Shown piece by piece: positions 28,401 to 37,969 of a DNA stretch of 64,000 nucleotides (its first letter is position 1; each line of letters opens with the position of its first letter). This DNA is from a bacterium (GTDB taxonomy: Bacteria; Patescibacteriota; CPR2; UBA1875; CAIMLA01), in NCBI GenBank assembly GCA_037129835.1, contig JBAXUE010000006.1:6157-70156 (forward strand), written 5' to 3'. The position numbers were made by a program, and so were the translations under genes. The notes below the pieces were generated by a model. It was not told the DNA's origin. It searched no databases and saw only the letters and a program-made list of their open reading frames with translations.

Positions 28401-28490
28401 GAGGGGCATTCCTGCTGGACATAGTTTCAGGAAGAAACTAAACAGGTTTGCCCCTCAAAGCAAATTTCTTCCTGTAATTAACTATGTCCA
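28401..28490 (-). promoter_or_regulatory. Structured leader with interleaved helices upstream of the recombinase
   Basis: 28401-28414 pairs with 28443-28456; 28416-28437 pairs with 28465-28490. Confidence 0.6.
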
Positions 28491-28569
28491 CCTATATTTT
28501 AACATATTTGACCTATATTTACTTAGTTGACGAATAACGAAATCTAACTATATAAACTAATTAATATAA

Positions 28570-28875
28570 CTAATTCTTACTGTATCTAACTAAAGATAAA
28601 TATTCGGCCAGAATTATTTTTTCCAGTTTTTTCCAAAGGGCTCTATCCATCCAGAACAGTGTGCAGTATTTTTTTCTTGCGTGATTATAATACTGAGGGG
28701 GGCCCACCCAGCGGATTATCTCTCCAGTTATCTTGTCGGTCTTGCTATAAATACGAAAACCCTTTATTTTAAGACCTAGATAGTCAAGGGTCACTAGAGC
28801 AACGATATTATTCTCTGGTGACTCTTTTCTTTTGATATCAAACTGGAAGCTATCAAGGTTCAATTTATCTGTCAT
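28570..28875 (-). CDS. SpoVG-like small nucleic-acid-binding protein
   Basis: ALVTLDYLGLKIKGFRI....WVGPPQ....LEKIILAEY matches the SpoVG fold pattern. Confidence 0.55.
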   Translation of the reverse strand: MTDKLNLDSFQFDIKRKESPENNIVALVTLDYLGLKIKGFRIYSKTDKITGEIIRWVGPPQYYNHARKKYCTLFWMDRALWKKLEKIILAEYLSLVRYSKN

Positions 28876-29137
28876 CCCAGCTCCCTTCTTCCAAAAATTG
28901 GATTAATGATTTTTCAGTCCAAGCCTTCAATGCTTGTTTTGCTTCTTCGGTTGTCGTATAAGTCCCAGAGTTATTGATTCCACGTCCATAGGTCACCTTC
29001 AGCGTTACTTCTGACACGTTATCTCGCACGAGATTCGCATAAACTCTCTTTCTTTTTGTTGTCGCGATAGTTTGCCTTGTCCCGTCTTTATTCAGAATCT
29101 TTAGTTGAATTTTGGGCACGATGTTTTTTAGCTTCAT
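28865..29137 (-). CDS. Hypothetical protein
   Basis: GAGGTG RBS; overlaps both neighbours in an operon. Confidence 0.7.
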   Translation of the reverse strand: MKLKNIVPKIQLKILNKDGTRQTIATTKRKRVYANLVRDNVSEVTLKVTYGRGINNSGTYTTTEEAKQALKAWTEKSLIQFLEEGSWDDR

Positions 29138-29300
29138 TTGAGTTCACCTCCTCTCCGTAAAGTAGATTTTCAAAGAGGTCGGTTAACTGATTAGCCATAA
29201 GAAAGGCTTGTTCTTCCGTTAGGGAGAGACCATAATCTTCTAGAACTATTTGGCGAAGTTCTACGACTAAATCTTTAGATAAAAATTGACCTCTTGTCAT
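29088..29300 (-). CDS. Small helical hypothetical protein (candidate recombination accessory factor)
   Basis: LSKDLVVELRQIVLEDYGLSLTEEQAFLMANQL; first gene of the cluster leading to the recombinase. Confidence 0.65.
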   Translation of the reverse strand: MTRGQFLSKDLVVELRQIVLEDYGLSLTEEQAFLMANQLTDLFENLLYGEEVNSNEAKKHRAQNSTKDSE

Positions 29301-29348
29301 AAGGCCAATGGTAGATTAATAGAGCAGAGAGCTCTTGGACATTAAAAA

Positions 29349-30128
29349 CTAGCTTATCTTGTCTGGGATAATCCTCTCATACCTTTTTATGGTTTTACCC
29401 ACCAAATCTATGTCTAGTGAATATTTATTATATTTATTCACTATTTGCTTATTTGTGAGCCCCCTTAAATGGTCTTGATATATCTCAAAGTGAAGCTCTG
29501 GACTTAGCAAGTAACTCTTTCTACCTGGTTGCTGGGGCTTTCCCTTCAAATATTCTTTTACTCCTGGCCATACCTTTCTGATGTCTTCAGGCGTTACATT
29601 TTTATGAATTTTAAGATAGTAGTAATCTGCTTCATCATTTCTAGTCTCTATCTGTATGAACACGCGGGCCTTTATTTCATCTGACGTAACATATTGCCAT
29701 AAATAACCGATTTCCTCACCACTAAGACTGTATTTCCTACCTAGCTCACCAGCTAGACCAGCCGTCTTCTTAACTGTTCCAGCAGCCTCCTCTAGTTTGT
29801 TAAATAGACCTGGGTATTCTTTTTTTCTGTTCTCCAGAGTCCTGTCATCCAGTTCGGTAGCAGTCTTTAAAAAATTGAGCAAGTAGTTAAAGTTGTTTCT
29901 ATCTTCTTTAGAGGTTAGGCCAACCTTTTTGCGTATTTCCTTAATGTCTTTTAGTAGTTCGGGGTTACTGTTTATCCTGTATATAAAATCTTTCGCAATA
30001 TTGTCCAGCGCTTTATTATCACTCAGTAAGATTAGTGACTCCTTATCGCTCTCGTTATAGGTGATCCCTTCTAACCCCTTTTTAGATTTGAAGTATCCTA
30101 TTCCTTCTTTGAATTCCTTCAGGTCCAT
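29349..30128 (-). CDS. Hypothetical protein with a possible C-terminal HTH
   Basis: AGGAGA RBS; C-terminal GLTNKQIVNKY...VGKTIKRY is HTH-like. Confidence 0.7.
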   Translation of the reverse strand: MDLKEFKEGIGYFKSKKGLEGITYNESDKESLILLSDNKALDNIAKDFIYRINSNPELLKDIKEIRKKVGLTSKEDRNNFNYLLNFLKTATELDDRTLENRKKEYPGLFNKLEEAAGTVKKTAGLAGELGRKYSLSGEEIGYLWQYVTSDEIKARVFIQIETRNDEADYYYLKIHKNVTPEDIRKVWPGVKEYLKGKPQQPGRKSYLLSPELHFEIYQDHLRGLTNKQIVNKYNKYSLDIDLVGKTIKRYERIIPDKIS

Positions 30129-30425
30129 ACGTCTCCTATTCTCCCCTATATATTACCCTATTTCTGACCCCTCTTATAGATACTCTATAGGACTATGCTA
30201 GTTGTATGCTGATATCAGTGCCTACTCCTTCCGTAAGTTACGCACGACTTGCCAACTCGGCGATGTGGTGGTTTATGGGACTATACAGGGCTATGCCAAC
30301 TACCTTCCTTCCGATAGAGCACTTACCCCACATATTTCCATAACAGCTTGGCATCGGGCTGTCGGTGTGCAATAATCCCCTTCCGTGCATGGCAAAAAAT
30401 TGGTATAATGTAGAAAAGAGGGGCA

Positions 30426-32258
30426 ATGAAAAAAACACTGGCAAAAAATTTTACACCTGTAAAAGCGGCGCATCATACGCCTCCTTATAGAATCCATAGA
30501 TACTTTGCAAGAAGGCCTTGGAATCTCTTTAGAGAACTAATTGAGAGCCTAACCAACGAGGGGCAAACGGTTCTCGATCCATTTTGTGGCGGGGGAGTAA
30601 CTGTTTACGAGGGAGTCACATCTAATAGAAAGGTGATCGCATCCGATTTAAACCCACTTTCTGTTTTTATAGTAAAAAATATGTTCCACAAAAAAATGAC
30701 TGAATTAATACGTATGGATTATGAGCGTATAATATCTAAACTTGAGCCAATTGTAGCTGAAACATTCGCAACAAATTGCCCCCACTGTGGGACAAAGGAT
30801 ATGGCCGGTTGGTATGAGCTAGTTCATACCTGCAATTGTGATCTTTGCGGTTCTGAAATAATCCTGAGCGATGAAAATAAGATTCGTAATGGTTTGTATA
30901 AATGTCAAAATTCTAAATGCACCTCACCGGGCGTGATTGTTGCGCGACAACCAAGACAAAAACCGATATATCTAAGTCTCAGTGGGCGATGCACAACTTG
31001 TAAGAAGGCGTATTCAATCCCTATGGATGAAAAGCTCGCCGCAAAGAATCTTAGGGGCATAAAAAAACTTCAGACAATCGTTAAAGATCAGGGTATAAAA
31101 GTTCTTTCTGAAACCATACCGCTGGATTGGGATAGGCAAAAGGAGGACCTCCTTGAAGCAAAAGGGTTCATGGGATTTGAAGACTTGTTTACTAAAAAGA
31201 ATCTGCTCATAAATAGTATCTTGCTCGATTTTATTAAGAATAATCACAGCGATAAGGAGTCATACGAAATATTGCGCTTCATTTTTAGCGACTCATTAAG
31301 AGATACAAATATTATGTCTTTCACTAATAAAAATTGGCAAAATGGTGCACCAACTACATGGGCAAAGCATGCTTACTGGATTCCTCCACAATTTTGCGAA
31401 GTCAACCCATTGAAGGCGATTCAGAGATCCTTTGGATCAATGAAGAAAACGATAGACTTTAACTCTGAATCTGGCTATGAGATGAAGTTAGCATCCCAAT
31501 ACTCTGATTTAAAAAAGAGTAGCAACCTGCTTATCAAGAGAGGTGTTGTAAGAGACCTTAATCTCCCAGCAGGTTCGATAGATATAGTAATAACAGACCC
31601 ACCCTATGGAAGCAATGTCCAGTATCTAGAACTTTCACACTTCTGGCATATGTGGAACCAAGACCTATATGAGGGAGGTTCATTAGATTTCTCAGAAGAA
31701 GCCATTGTGAATAGAAAGCAAAATTTTCTCAAAGCTAAGGGATATAAAGATTATGAAGATAACCTATTCTCTGTGTTTTCAGAGTGTCAAAGAGTTCTTA
31801 AAAAAGATGGTTTAATGGTAATGACTTTCAATAATAAGGATTTAAGAGCCTGGATAGCTTTACTGATTAGTATCTTTAGATCCGGCTTTCACTTTGAAGC
31901 AGATGGGATCACTTTCCAGGATGGCGTTGCCAACTATAAGCAAACTGCCCATACAAAAGCCAAGGGCTCCCCATATGGCGATTTTGTTTACCAGTTTGTT
32001 AATAAGAGTCATCCGAATAAGGACAATATAACTGCAAAAGGAAGAGAAGAACTCGTGATATATATTAGGGAACGAATTAATAATGCAGTGGCAAAATATC
32101 AAGCAGCGTCAGTAGATAGAAATGTTATTTTGATAGAGCTTTTTAACGAGATTGTGCCAGAGATAGAGGTTTTTGTTAAATTATCTAGCCAGGATGAGGT
32201 AGTGAATGATCTTTACGAAGCATTTTGTAGTGGTCACCTGGAGTTGCTATATGCCTGA
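30426..32258 (+). CDS. Amino-methyltransferase (probable m6A) with Zn-ribbon insertion
   Basis: HRYFARRP, LDPFCGGG (motif I), four Cys pairs, ITDPPY (motif IV); TGGTATAAT promoter at 30401. Confidence 0.9.
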   Translation: MKKTLAKNFTPVKAAHHTPPYRIHRYFARRPWNLFRELIESLTNEGQTVLDPFCGGGVTVYEGVTSNRKVIASDLNPLSVFIVKNMFHKKMTELIRMDYERIISKLEPIVAETFATNCPHCGTKDMAGWYELVHTCNCDLCGSEIILSDENKIRNGLYKCQNSKCTSPGVIVARQPRQKPIYLSLSGRCTTCKKAYSIPMDEKLAAKNLRGIKKLQTIVKDQGIKVLSETIPLDWDRQKEDLLEAKGFMGFEDLFTKKNLLINSILLDFIKNNHSDKESYEILRFIFSDSLRDTNIMSFTNKNWQNGAPTTWAKHAYWIPPQFCEVNPLKAIQRSFGSMKKTIDFNSESGYEMKLASQYSDLKKSSNLLIKRGVVRDLNLPAGSIDIVITDPPYGSNVQYLELSHFWHMWNQDLYEGGSLDFSEEAIVNRKQNFLKAKGYKDYEDNLFSVFSECQRVLKKDGLMVMTFNNKDLRAWIALLISIFRSGFHFEADGITFQDGVANYKQTAHTKAKGSPYGDFVYQFVNKSHPNKDNITAKGREELVIYIRERINNAVAKYQAASVDRNVILIELFNEIVPEIEVFVKLSSQDEVVNDLYEAFCSGHLELLYA

Positions 32259-33594
32259 AGCCAAGCCTATACGAAAGAGTGAAGAGAAAAAGGTCTTATT
32301 GCCAGAGGAAAATAAGACCCTTTTTTGCGAATACGAATCTGTGATTAAGAGCCTAGAAGGTAAATTCAACCCCGTTTGGGACGATGAGTTCACTGATCTG
32401 GTCAACTTCAAAAAAAATAAGAGTCTCCCAATACATCGATGGTTTGACTATAAAGAAGGTTACTCTGAAGATCTTGTTAATAAACTACTTGATTATGCGA
32501 AAGTAAAAAAAGGGGCATTGGTTTTAGATCCTTTTGTAGGTGTTGGGACCACACTGGTGGTGGCGCAAAGCCGAGGATTAAAGTCAATCGGTCTTGATAT
32601 TAATCCGGTTGCTTCATTTGCCTCTAAAGTTAAAACCGCAGTTTATTCTGACAAAGAAATAGTTGAGTTAAAGAAAACACTTAATAATATTAATAACCAC
32701 CTAATAAGGACAAAAAACATTCCAAAGTTTAGTAGGTTGGAATCAATTTTTACCAAAAAACAACTCGAGCAGATACTATCGATTAAGGGCTTCTATGAGA
32801 GTATTCCTAGTGAAAAGATTGCAGGCATATTTAAACTGGCCTACCTATCAATTATTGAAGATGTCTCAAATAGGGTCAAGGACGGTAATGGTATTAAAAT
32901 CTCTAAAACTAAAACTCAGATTGAGGATGTTATTGGCAGGTATACCTTAAAAGTAAAGAGTATGATTGAGGATATTGAGGGCAATAATTGCAAAGGAGAA
33001 TCAATTGTCATCCATGGCTCTATTCTGGAAGACTCTGTTTTTAAGAAAATTAGTAACGAAAAGGTTAGCACAACGATATTCTCACCGCCTTATGCCAACT
33101 GTTTTGACTATTGTGAAGTATACAAAATGGAGATTTGGTTAGGCGATTTCGTAAAAGAGTATTCAGATTTTACTAAATACAGAGAGAAGGCGATAAGATC
33201 ACATGTAAATTCTAAATTTTCTCATGATTTGATGCGAACTAATCAGGAAATTAGAGTGATCTCAGAATTAATCGGAACATATAACCTGTGGAATAAAAAA
33301 ATACCAATGATGTTGCGTGGATACTTTGATGACATGGAAGAAACTCTTAGCAGAATTTCCTCCATGAGCCTCCCGGGAGCAACCTGTTCTATCGTTGTCG
33401 CAAACTCAGTTTATAAGGGTGTTGTAGTCCCTACAGATCTACTGTTGGCAGACATAGCTGAACATCATGGTTTTAAAGTAGATAAAATTATTGTAGCAAG
33501 ACGAATAAGATCTTCTTCTCAGCAGATGACAGAAGTGGGTAAAAATAGTAAGCTTATGAGAGAAAGCATTATTATACTGAGGAAAAATGATTAA
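32251..33594 (+). CDS. Amino-methyltransferase (probable m4C, alpha class)
   Basis: IHRWFDYKEGYS, LDPFVGVGTT, FSPPYANCFDY and MRESII; start MPEAK overlaps the upstream stop by 8 nt. Confidence 0.9.
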   Translation: MPEAKPIRKSEEKKVLLPEENKTLFCEYESVIKSLEGKFNPVWDDEFTDLVNFKKNKSLPIHRWFDYKEGYSEDLVNKLLDYAKVKKGALVLDPFVGVGTTLVVAQSRGLKSIGLDINPVASFASKVKTAVYSDKEIVELKKTLNNINNHLIRTKNIPKFSRLESIFTKKQLEQILSIKGFYESIPSEKIAGIFKLAYLSIIEDVSNRVKDGNGIKISKTKTQIEDVIGRYTLKVKSMIEDIEGNNCKGESIVIHGSILEDSVFKKISNEKVSTTIFSPPYANCFDYCEVYKMEIWLGDFVKEYSDFTKYREKAIRSHVNSKFSHDLMRTNQEIRVISELIGTYNLWNKKIPMMLRGYFDDMEETLSRISSMSLPGATCSIVVANSVYKGVVVPTDLLLADIAEHHGFKVDKIIVARRIRSSSQQMTEVGKNSKLMRESIIILRKND

Positions 33595-36328
33595 GCTAGA
33601 CGCGATTTTTTCAAATAAAATCTCTGAATGGAAAGAGCTTGAAGCCTTCCTAGAAAAAATTGAGGACAATGTTACGAAGGGCGAAATCTTTGAGCAATTT
33701 GTCTATTTATATTTGTATCTTAAAAAGGATTATTACCAAATAAAAGATCTTTACAGAAGAAAAGACATCCCGTCAGACTTAGTGGCCAAACTTAAGCTTG
33801 AGAAGAGCGACTACGGCGTAGACGGAGCGTTTGTAATGGAAGACAATTCGATAGTAGCCTATCAGGTCAAATTTAGATCCAACAGGGTTCCGCCCACCAT
33901 CTCCGAGCTCGCGACCTTTTGGACAGAGGCTGAATACGCTGATCTGAGGTATGTAATAGCAAACTGCGTTAACCTGCCAAGGCCGGCTAATAAAAAAATT
34001 GAGAGCTATCAAATTCTCGTGGATATTTTTGACGACTTAGAAGACAAATTTTGGGATGACCTTCACTCACTTGTTATAGGATCAAAGATAGAAAAAATTG
34101 AGTTGGTCCCAGATGCTCATCAAAAAAGAATAATATCAAATACAGTTAAGGGTTTTAGGGAGAACGACCGTGGCAAAATAATTGCAGCTTGTGGGACGGG
34201 AAAAACCCTTACCTCTCTTTGGATAACCGAAGAACTAGAGACAAAGAAGATTCTCTTTTTAGCCCCTAGCCTGGGTCTTATAAAACAGACTCTTGAATCT
34301 TGGACAAGTAATACCAAGAACAAGTTCAACTACATTTGTGTTTGTAGTGACCAAACTGTGGTCTCTGACCAGGAGATTGATACGAGTGATATAGCCATCA
34401 GCGAAGTTGACTTCCCTGTCACTACAGACAAAGACAATATACTAACATTCCTATCACAGCCATATGACAAAAAAATTATATTTTCCACATATAACTCTTC
34501 AAGTATAATCGCCGATGCAATAGAGGGTTCAGACTTCGAATTTGATCTTGTTATCTTTGATGAGGCCCATAGAACCGCCGGTCAAGGTGATTCTGAGATG
34601 TTTTCTTTAGCGCTACACAATGAGCGAATTAACTCTGCAAAAAGGCTCTTTATGACGGCCACCGAAAGACTTGTTCGCCCTTGGATATTAGAGAAGGCAA
34701 AACAGGCTGATCGAACCATATTTTCAATGGATGATGAAAATACATACGGCCCTATTTTTGACAGGTATACATTCGGGGAAGCTATCAAGGACGGCGTAAT
34801 AAGTGACTACAAAATTATTCTTACCGCTATCGATACAACCGAAGTTCTAGAGTGGATTGAAAATAATCAACTCTTAGTTACGGAAGAAAAAGGAACTGAG
34901 GTAACCCTAGCAGCGGACAATATTTTTAAACAGATGGTCCTGGCGAAAGCCATAAAAGAGTTCTCGTTGGCAAAGATTATTACTTTTCACTCTTCCATCA
35001 AGAGGGCCCGATCCTTTGCATTTGGGTCTAATAATGAATCTGTCAGTCTAAAGGATATTCTTGATTTAGCTTCCGTCTCTTTTGAGACTGAAAAAGTTTT
35101 TATTGATAGCGTTGACGGTAGTATGCCGGCTGGTATGAGGAAGCAAAAATTAAGAGATTTTGAAAACGCTGAATTCTCAATAATTACAAATTCTAAATGT
35201 CTTACAGAGGGAATTGATGTTCCAGTGATTGATAGTGTGTATTTTGTTGACCCAAAAAACTCGCTTATTGATATTGTCCAAGCTTGTGGCAGAGCTCTAA
35301 GAAAGCCCAGAAACAAGAAGATAGAGAAAACGGCCTATTTTATTGTTCCGCTACTAATTAATCACGAAGACGGTCCCGAAAATAAATATGAGACCCTAAT
35401 GAACTTAATACAGGCGCTTAAGGGACAGGATGAAAGACTTGCTGATTGGATCGACAAGCTGAACATGAGTGTGGCCAGAGGTGGAAAGGGTCCTGAGGTT
35501 GATCCTCCAATAGGTATTTCCCTACCAGAGAAGGTAGATTTAAAGAAGTTCATGCATGATATCCATTTACAGATTGCAGAATCTAGCTATGGCCCTCGCC
35601 AGAGTATTCTTAAAAAAGGGCACAGCAGGAGAAGTGATGCGGATAGCTTTTTTAAGCCGCTAGGAGACATGACATATGAGAACTTCAAGACCAATGTGGC
35701 AGATGTCACTTTGGCTAAATTCAACTCATTGGAAGAGGTAAGGTCATCTAACGAAATCTATATTAACCATAACAACATATCTCATACTAAAAGACTTGGG
35801 CTTATTGAAGAGGCCGACTCCCGAAAGTTTAAATTGACACCCCTAGGTGTTGATTACAAGGAAGGGAAGGCACGATTTGAGGAATTGTTTAGGAGTGCAA
35901 TGTTAAATTATAATTCCTATTCTGCCGAGAATCTTAATCCGTATAAAGCCTTCCTAAACATCCTGGTAGAAACAGGAAAGTTAAACTATATAGAATTTTT
36001 GTATGCTGTTTACCGCATGCCTGATCTCGGTCCTGATTCATACGCTGAAACCTTTGAAATTATTGAAAGTTTAAGGTCCGACTATCCAAATTTAAATCTG
36101 TTATCTAATAGCAACAGAGAGAAAATCTTATCAGAATTAAATGAAAGGTATTCTCTAAACTATAGTTACGTTGAAGTCTGGGGAAGCACCACAGCAAAAA
36201 ATAAATATATGTATTTCCGAAACCACTTGGCCGTATTTGATCAACTCGAGTCAAACAATCAAGAAATATATGTTATTGATAACATGAAACAGGAGCTTAT
36301 AGATTTACTAGAGATTAACTTTTCATGA
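33587..36328 (+). CDS. Mrr-like nuclease / SF2 helicase fusion with a C-terminal winged-helix-like recognition domain
   Basis: KGEIFE..GVDG..AYQVKF nuclease; ACGTGKT, DEAHR, MTAT, LTEGIDVP and QACGRALR helicase motifs; C-terminal LGLI..LTPLG..NPY..L..IEF. Confidence 0.9.
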   Translation: MIKLDAIFSNKISEWKELEAFLEKIEDNVTKGEIFEQFVYLYLYLKKDYYQIKDLYRRKDIPSDLVAKLKLEKSDYGVDGAFVMEDNSIVAYQVKFRSNRVPPTISELATFWTEAEYADLRYVIANCVNLPRPANKKIESYQILVDIFDDLEDKFWDDLHSLVIGSKIEKIELVPDAHQKRIISNTVKGFRENDRGKIIAACGTGKTLTSLWITEELETKKILFLAPSLGLIKQTLESWTSNTKNKFNYICVCSDQTVVSDQEIDTSDIAISEVDFPVTTDKDNILTFLSQPYDKKIIFSTYNSSSIIADAIEGSDFEFDLVIFDEAHRTAGQGDSEMFSLALHNERINSAKRLFMTATERLVRPWILEKAKQADRTIFSMDDENTYGPIFDRYTFGEAIKDGVISDYKIILTAIDTTEVLEWIENNQLLVTEEKGTEVTLAADNIFKQMVLAKAIKEFSLAKIITFHSSIKRARSFAFGSNNESVSLKDILDLASVSFETEKVFIDSVDGSMPAGMRKQKLRDFENAEFSIITNSKCLTEGIDVPVIDSVYFVDPKNSLIDIVQACGRALRKPRNKKIEKTAYFIVPLLINHEDGPENKYETLMNLIQALKGQDERLADWIDKLNMSVARGGKGPEVDPPIGISLPEKVDLKKFMHDIHLQIAESSYGPRQSILKKGHSRRSDADSFFKPLGDMTYENFKTNVADVTLAKFNSLEEVRSSNEIYINHNNISHTKRLGLIEEADSRKFKLTPLGVDYKEGKARFEELFRSAMLNYNSYSAENLNPYKAFLNILVETGKLNYIEFLYAVYRMPDLGPDSYAETFEIIESLRSDYPNLNLLSNSNREKILSELNERYSLNYSYVEVWGSTTAKNKYMYFRNHLAVFDQLESNNQEIYVIDNMKQELIDLLEINFS

Positions 36329-36414
36329 TGAATAATGAAAAGTAGGCGTGGGGTGTATACTTCTCTAAAAATATTTTGCGAATAAGACAGTTGGATTCTA
36401 TGTGACACGCGAGG

Positions 36415-36810
36415 CTATTTTGCCTCCCCCTGGGTGGGGTGTGGGTATCCGTCCTCTATGCCGTTTATGATTGATTTCATCTTCTTACCCACTATTTTCT
36501 CTATATTTTCATAGTAGACGTTCTTGTCGTGTTCATAGTCATACTCTTCATCTATAAATGTCTTTGCTTCCAGTCGCTTCGCCTTGGGGACGTAAGCTAG
36601 CAATTTCTCTGCATTCTCTTTATCTACCCTTATCACTTCTCTGAGTGTCTTGACACTTACCCAGATGAGGCTAAATACATCTCGTTCAGCAATCTTGGCA
36701 ACTGTTTCACCAAACTTCTTGCTTATACTCTTAGTCCCCGCCTGGTAGCCAACCGCCAGTGCTAGTATCGGTAGACCAAAAAACAATAGAAAGTCTCTAT
36801 ACATTTTCAC
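36415..36810 (-). CDS. Hypothetical protein with an N-terminal TM
   Basis: FLLFFGLPILALAVGYQAG; AAGGGAG RBS. Confidence 0.7.
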   Translation of the reverse strand: MKMYRDFLLFFGLPILALAVGYQAGTKSISKKFGETVAKIAERDVFSLIWVSVKTLREVIRVDKENAEKLLAYVPKAKRLEAKTFIDEEYDYEHDKNVYYENIEKIVGKKMKSIINGIEDGYPHPTQGEAK

Positions 36811-36834
36811 TCCCTTCTTATTATTTAGTAGTTC

Positions 36835-37485
36835 TTATAACCACTTTTCGCAACCTGTTGGGACAAGGTCCCTACCTGCGATCAGAAGCATCTCCATCAT
36901 ATCGTGTTGCTGTTTCGCCCCTGCTAGTGACTGGTTCATCAAGGCAGTTCTCTGTGCTATCGACATCCCGGAATAAGCAGGATTATTTGGATCCATTGCC
37001 GCATTGCGAATACTGATAATTTGATTTTGGTAGCTGTTTTCTTCTGCTACGACTTGTGGCTGATATTTATTATAACCTGTCTGCATTAGCCCGAGACAAA
37101 ATTGCTTCATTTCGGCTGCATAGGCTGCATTTGCGTCGACTGTTGGTGTGCTGGGTGCAGCTGGCGCCTGAGTATTTACCCCTGAGGCTGGTTTATAAGT
37201 TGTGTCATAAGGAGTTGTTTCTGTGGGAGTCGTGGCTTGGGGCGTCTCTGCTTTAACTTCTTCAGTCTTTGGAGTTTCTACGGTTCCTGTTTTCTTTACC
37301 TCGCCTTTTACCTCACTTTGACCAGTGCCTTTATCTGTGGGCTTATGACTGTCTTGATAGTATTTATATCCAAAGACCCCAGTTGCAGCAAAAACGACTA
37401 TCGTTAGTGCTATCGCAAATGGGAGTAGCTTCTTTGCTTTCTTTTTATCAAGTCCCTGCCAAATCTTCTTAGGATTTAGTTTCAT
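36835..37485 (-). CDS. Membrane-anchored hypothetical protein with a Thr/Pro-rich linker
   Basis: TM helix, TP-rich stalk and a helical domain with a Cys pair. Confidence 0.75.
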   Translation of the reverse strand: MKLNPKKIWQGLDKKKAKKLLPFAIALTIVVFAATGVFGYKYYQDSHKPTDKGTGQSEVKGEVKKTGTVETPKTEEVKAETPQATTPTETTPYDTTYKPASGVNTQAPAAPSTPTVDANAAYAAEMKQFCLGLMQTGYNKYQPQVVAEENSYQNQIISIRNAAMDPNNPAYSGMSIAQRTALMNQSLAGAKQQHDMMEMLLIAGRDLVPTGCEKWL

Positions 37486-37558
37486 AAAACCCTTTCGTTA
37501 GGCTGTTTATACCACAAATAGACCAAAATATCAATCCCTTTTATTCTTAATTGTATAA

Positions 37559-37942
37559 TTATTTGTTTGACCGTGTTACGACAGTTTTCAAATCCTTATC
37601 GCAGGCATAGCGCAGCGAAATTTCTGATTCTTTAAGAAACTCTTCCTTGCTATATGTCGTGAATATATTATCTATTTTATTCATAGCTTGCTTGTGGGCC
37701 TTTTTGTCTTTTATATCTTCATTCACTATACCTTCTATGCAGGCTCGGACATATTGAATCCTTTTCTCATATTTATCGGAGGAGTAACTGACAGCCTGGA
37801 GGATGCGATTCTTTGCATCAGCATTTTTGGCTATAGCTATCTTTGTTTTAAGTTTCTGGTCAAATCTCCACCTAGCAATCATATAGCCCGCAACTAACCC
37901 TATCGCCAAGGCGATTGATAAAAACGCAATCTCGGTATACAT
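37559..37942 (-). CDS. Hypothetical protein with an N-terminal TM
   Basis: IAFLSIALAIGLVAGYMIA; AAGGAG RBS. Confidence 0.72.
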   Translation of the reverse strand: MYTEIAFLSIALAIGLVAGYMIARWRFDQKLKTKIAIAKNADAKNRILQAVSYSSDKYEKRIQYVRACIEGIVNEDIKDKKAHKQAMNKIDNIFTTYSKEEFLKESEISLRYACDKDLKTVVTRSNK

Positions 37943-37969
37943 AAGGCTCCTTTCTCTGTGGGCTAAATT

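Noticed and set aside
30238-30497. 68-aa and 65-aa minus-strand ORFs in the island hinge
   Set aside because: They overlap the MTase promoter and start and have no recognisable features
30426-36328. BREX, DISARM, type I or type III R-M assignment
   Set aside because: No PglZ/BrxC, DrmA/B, HsdS or Mod-Res pairing is visible
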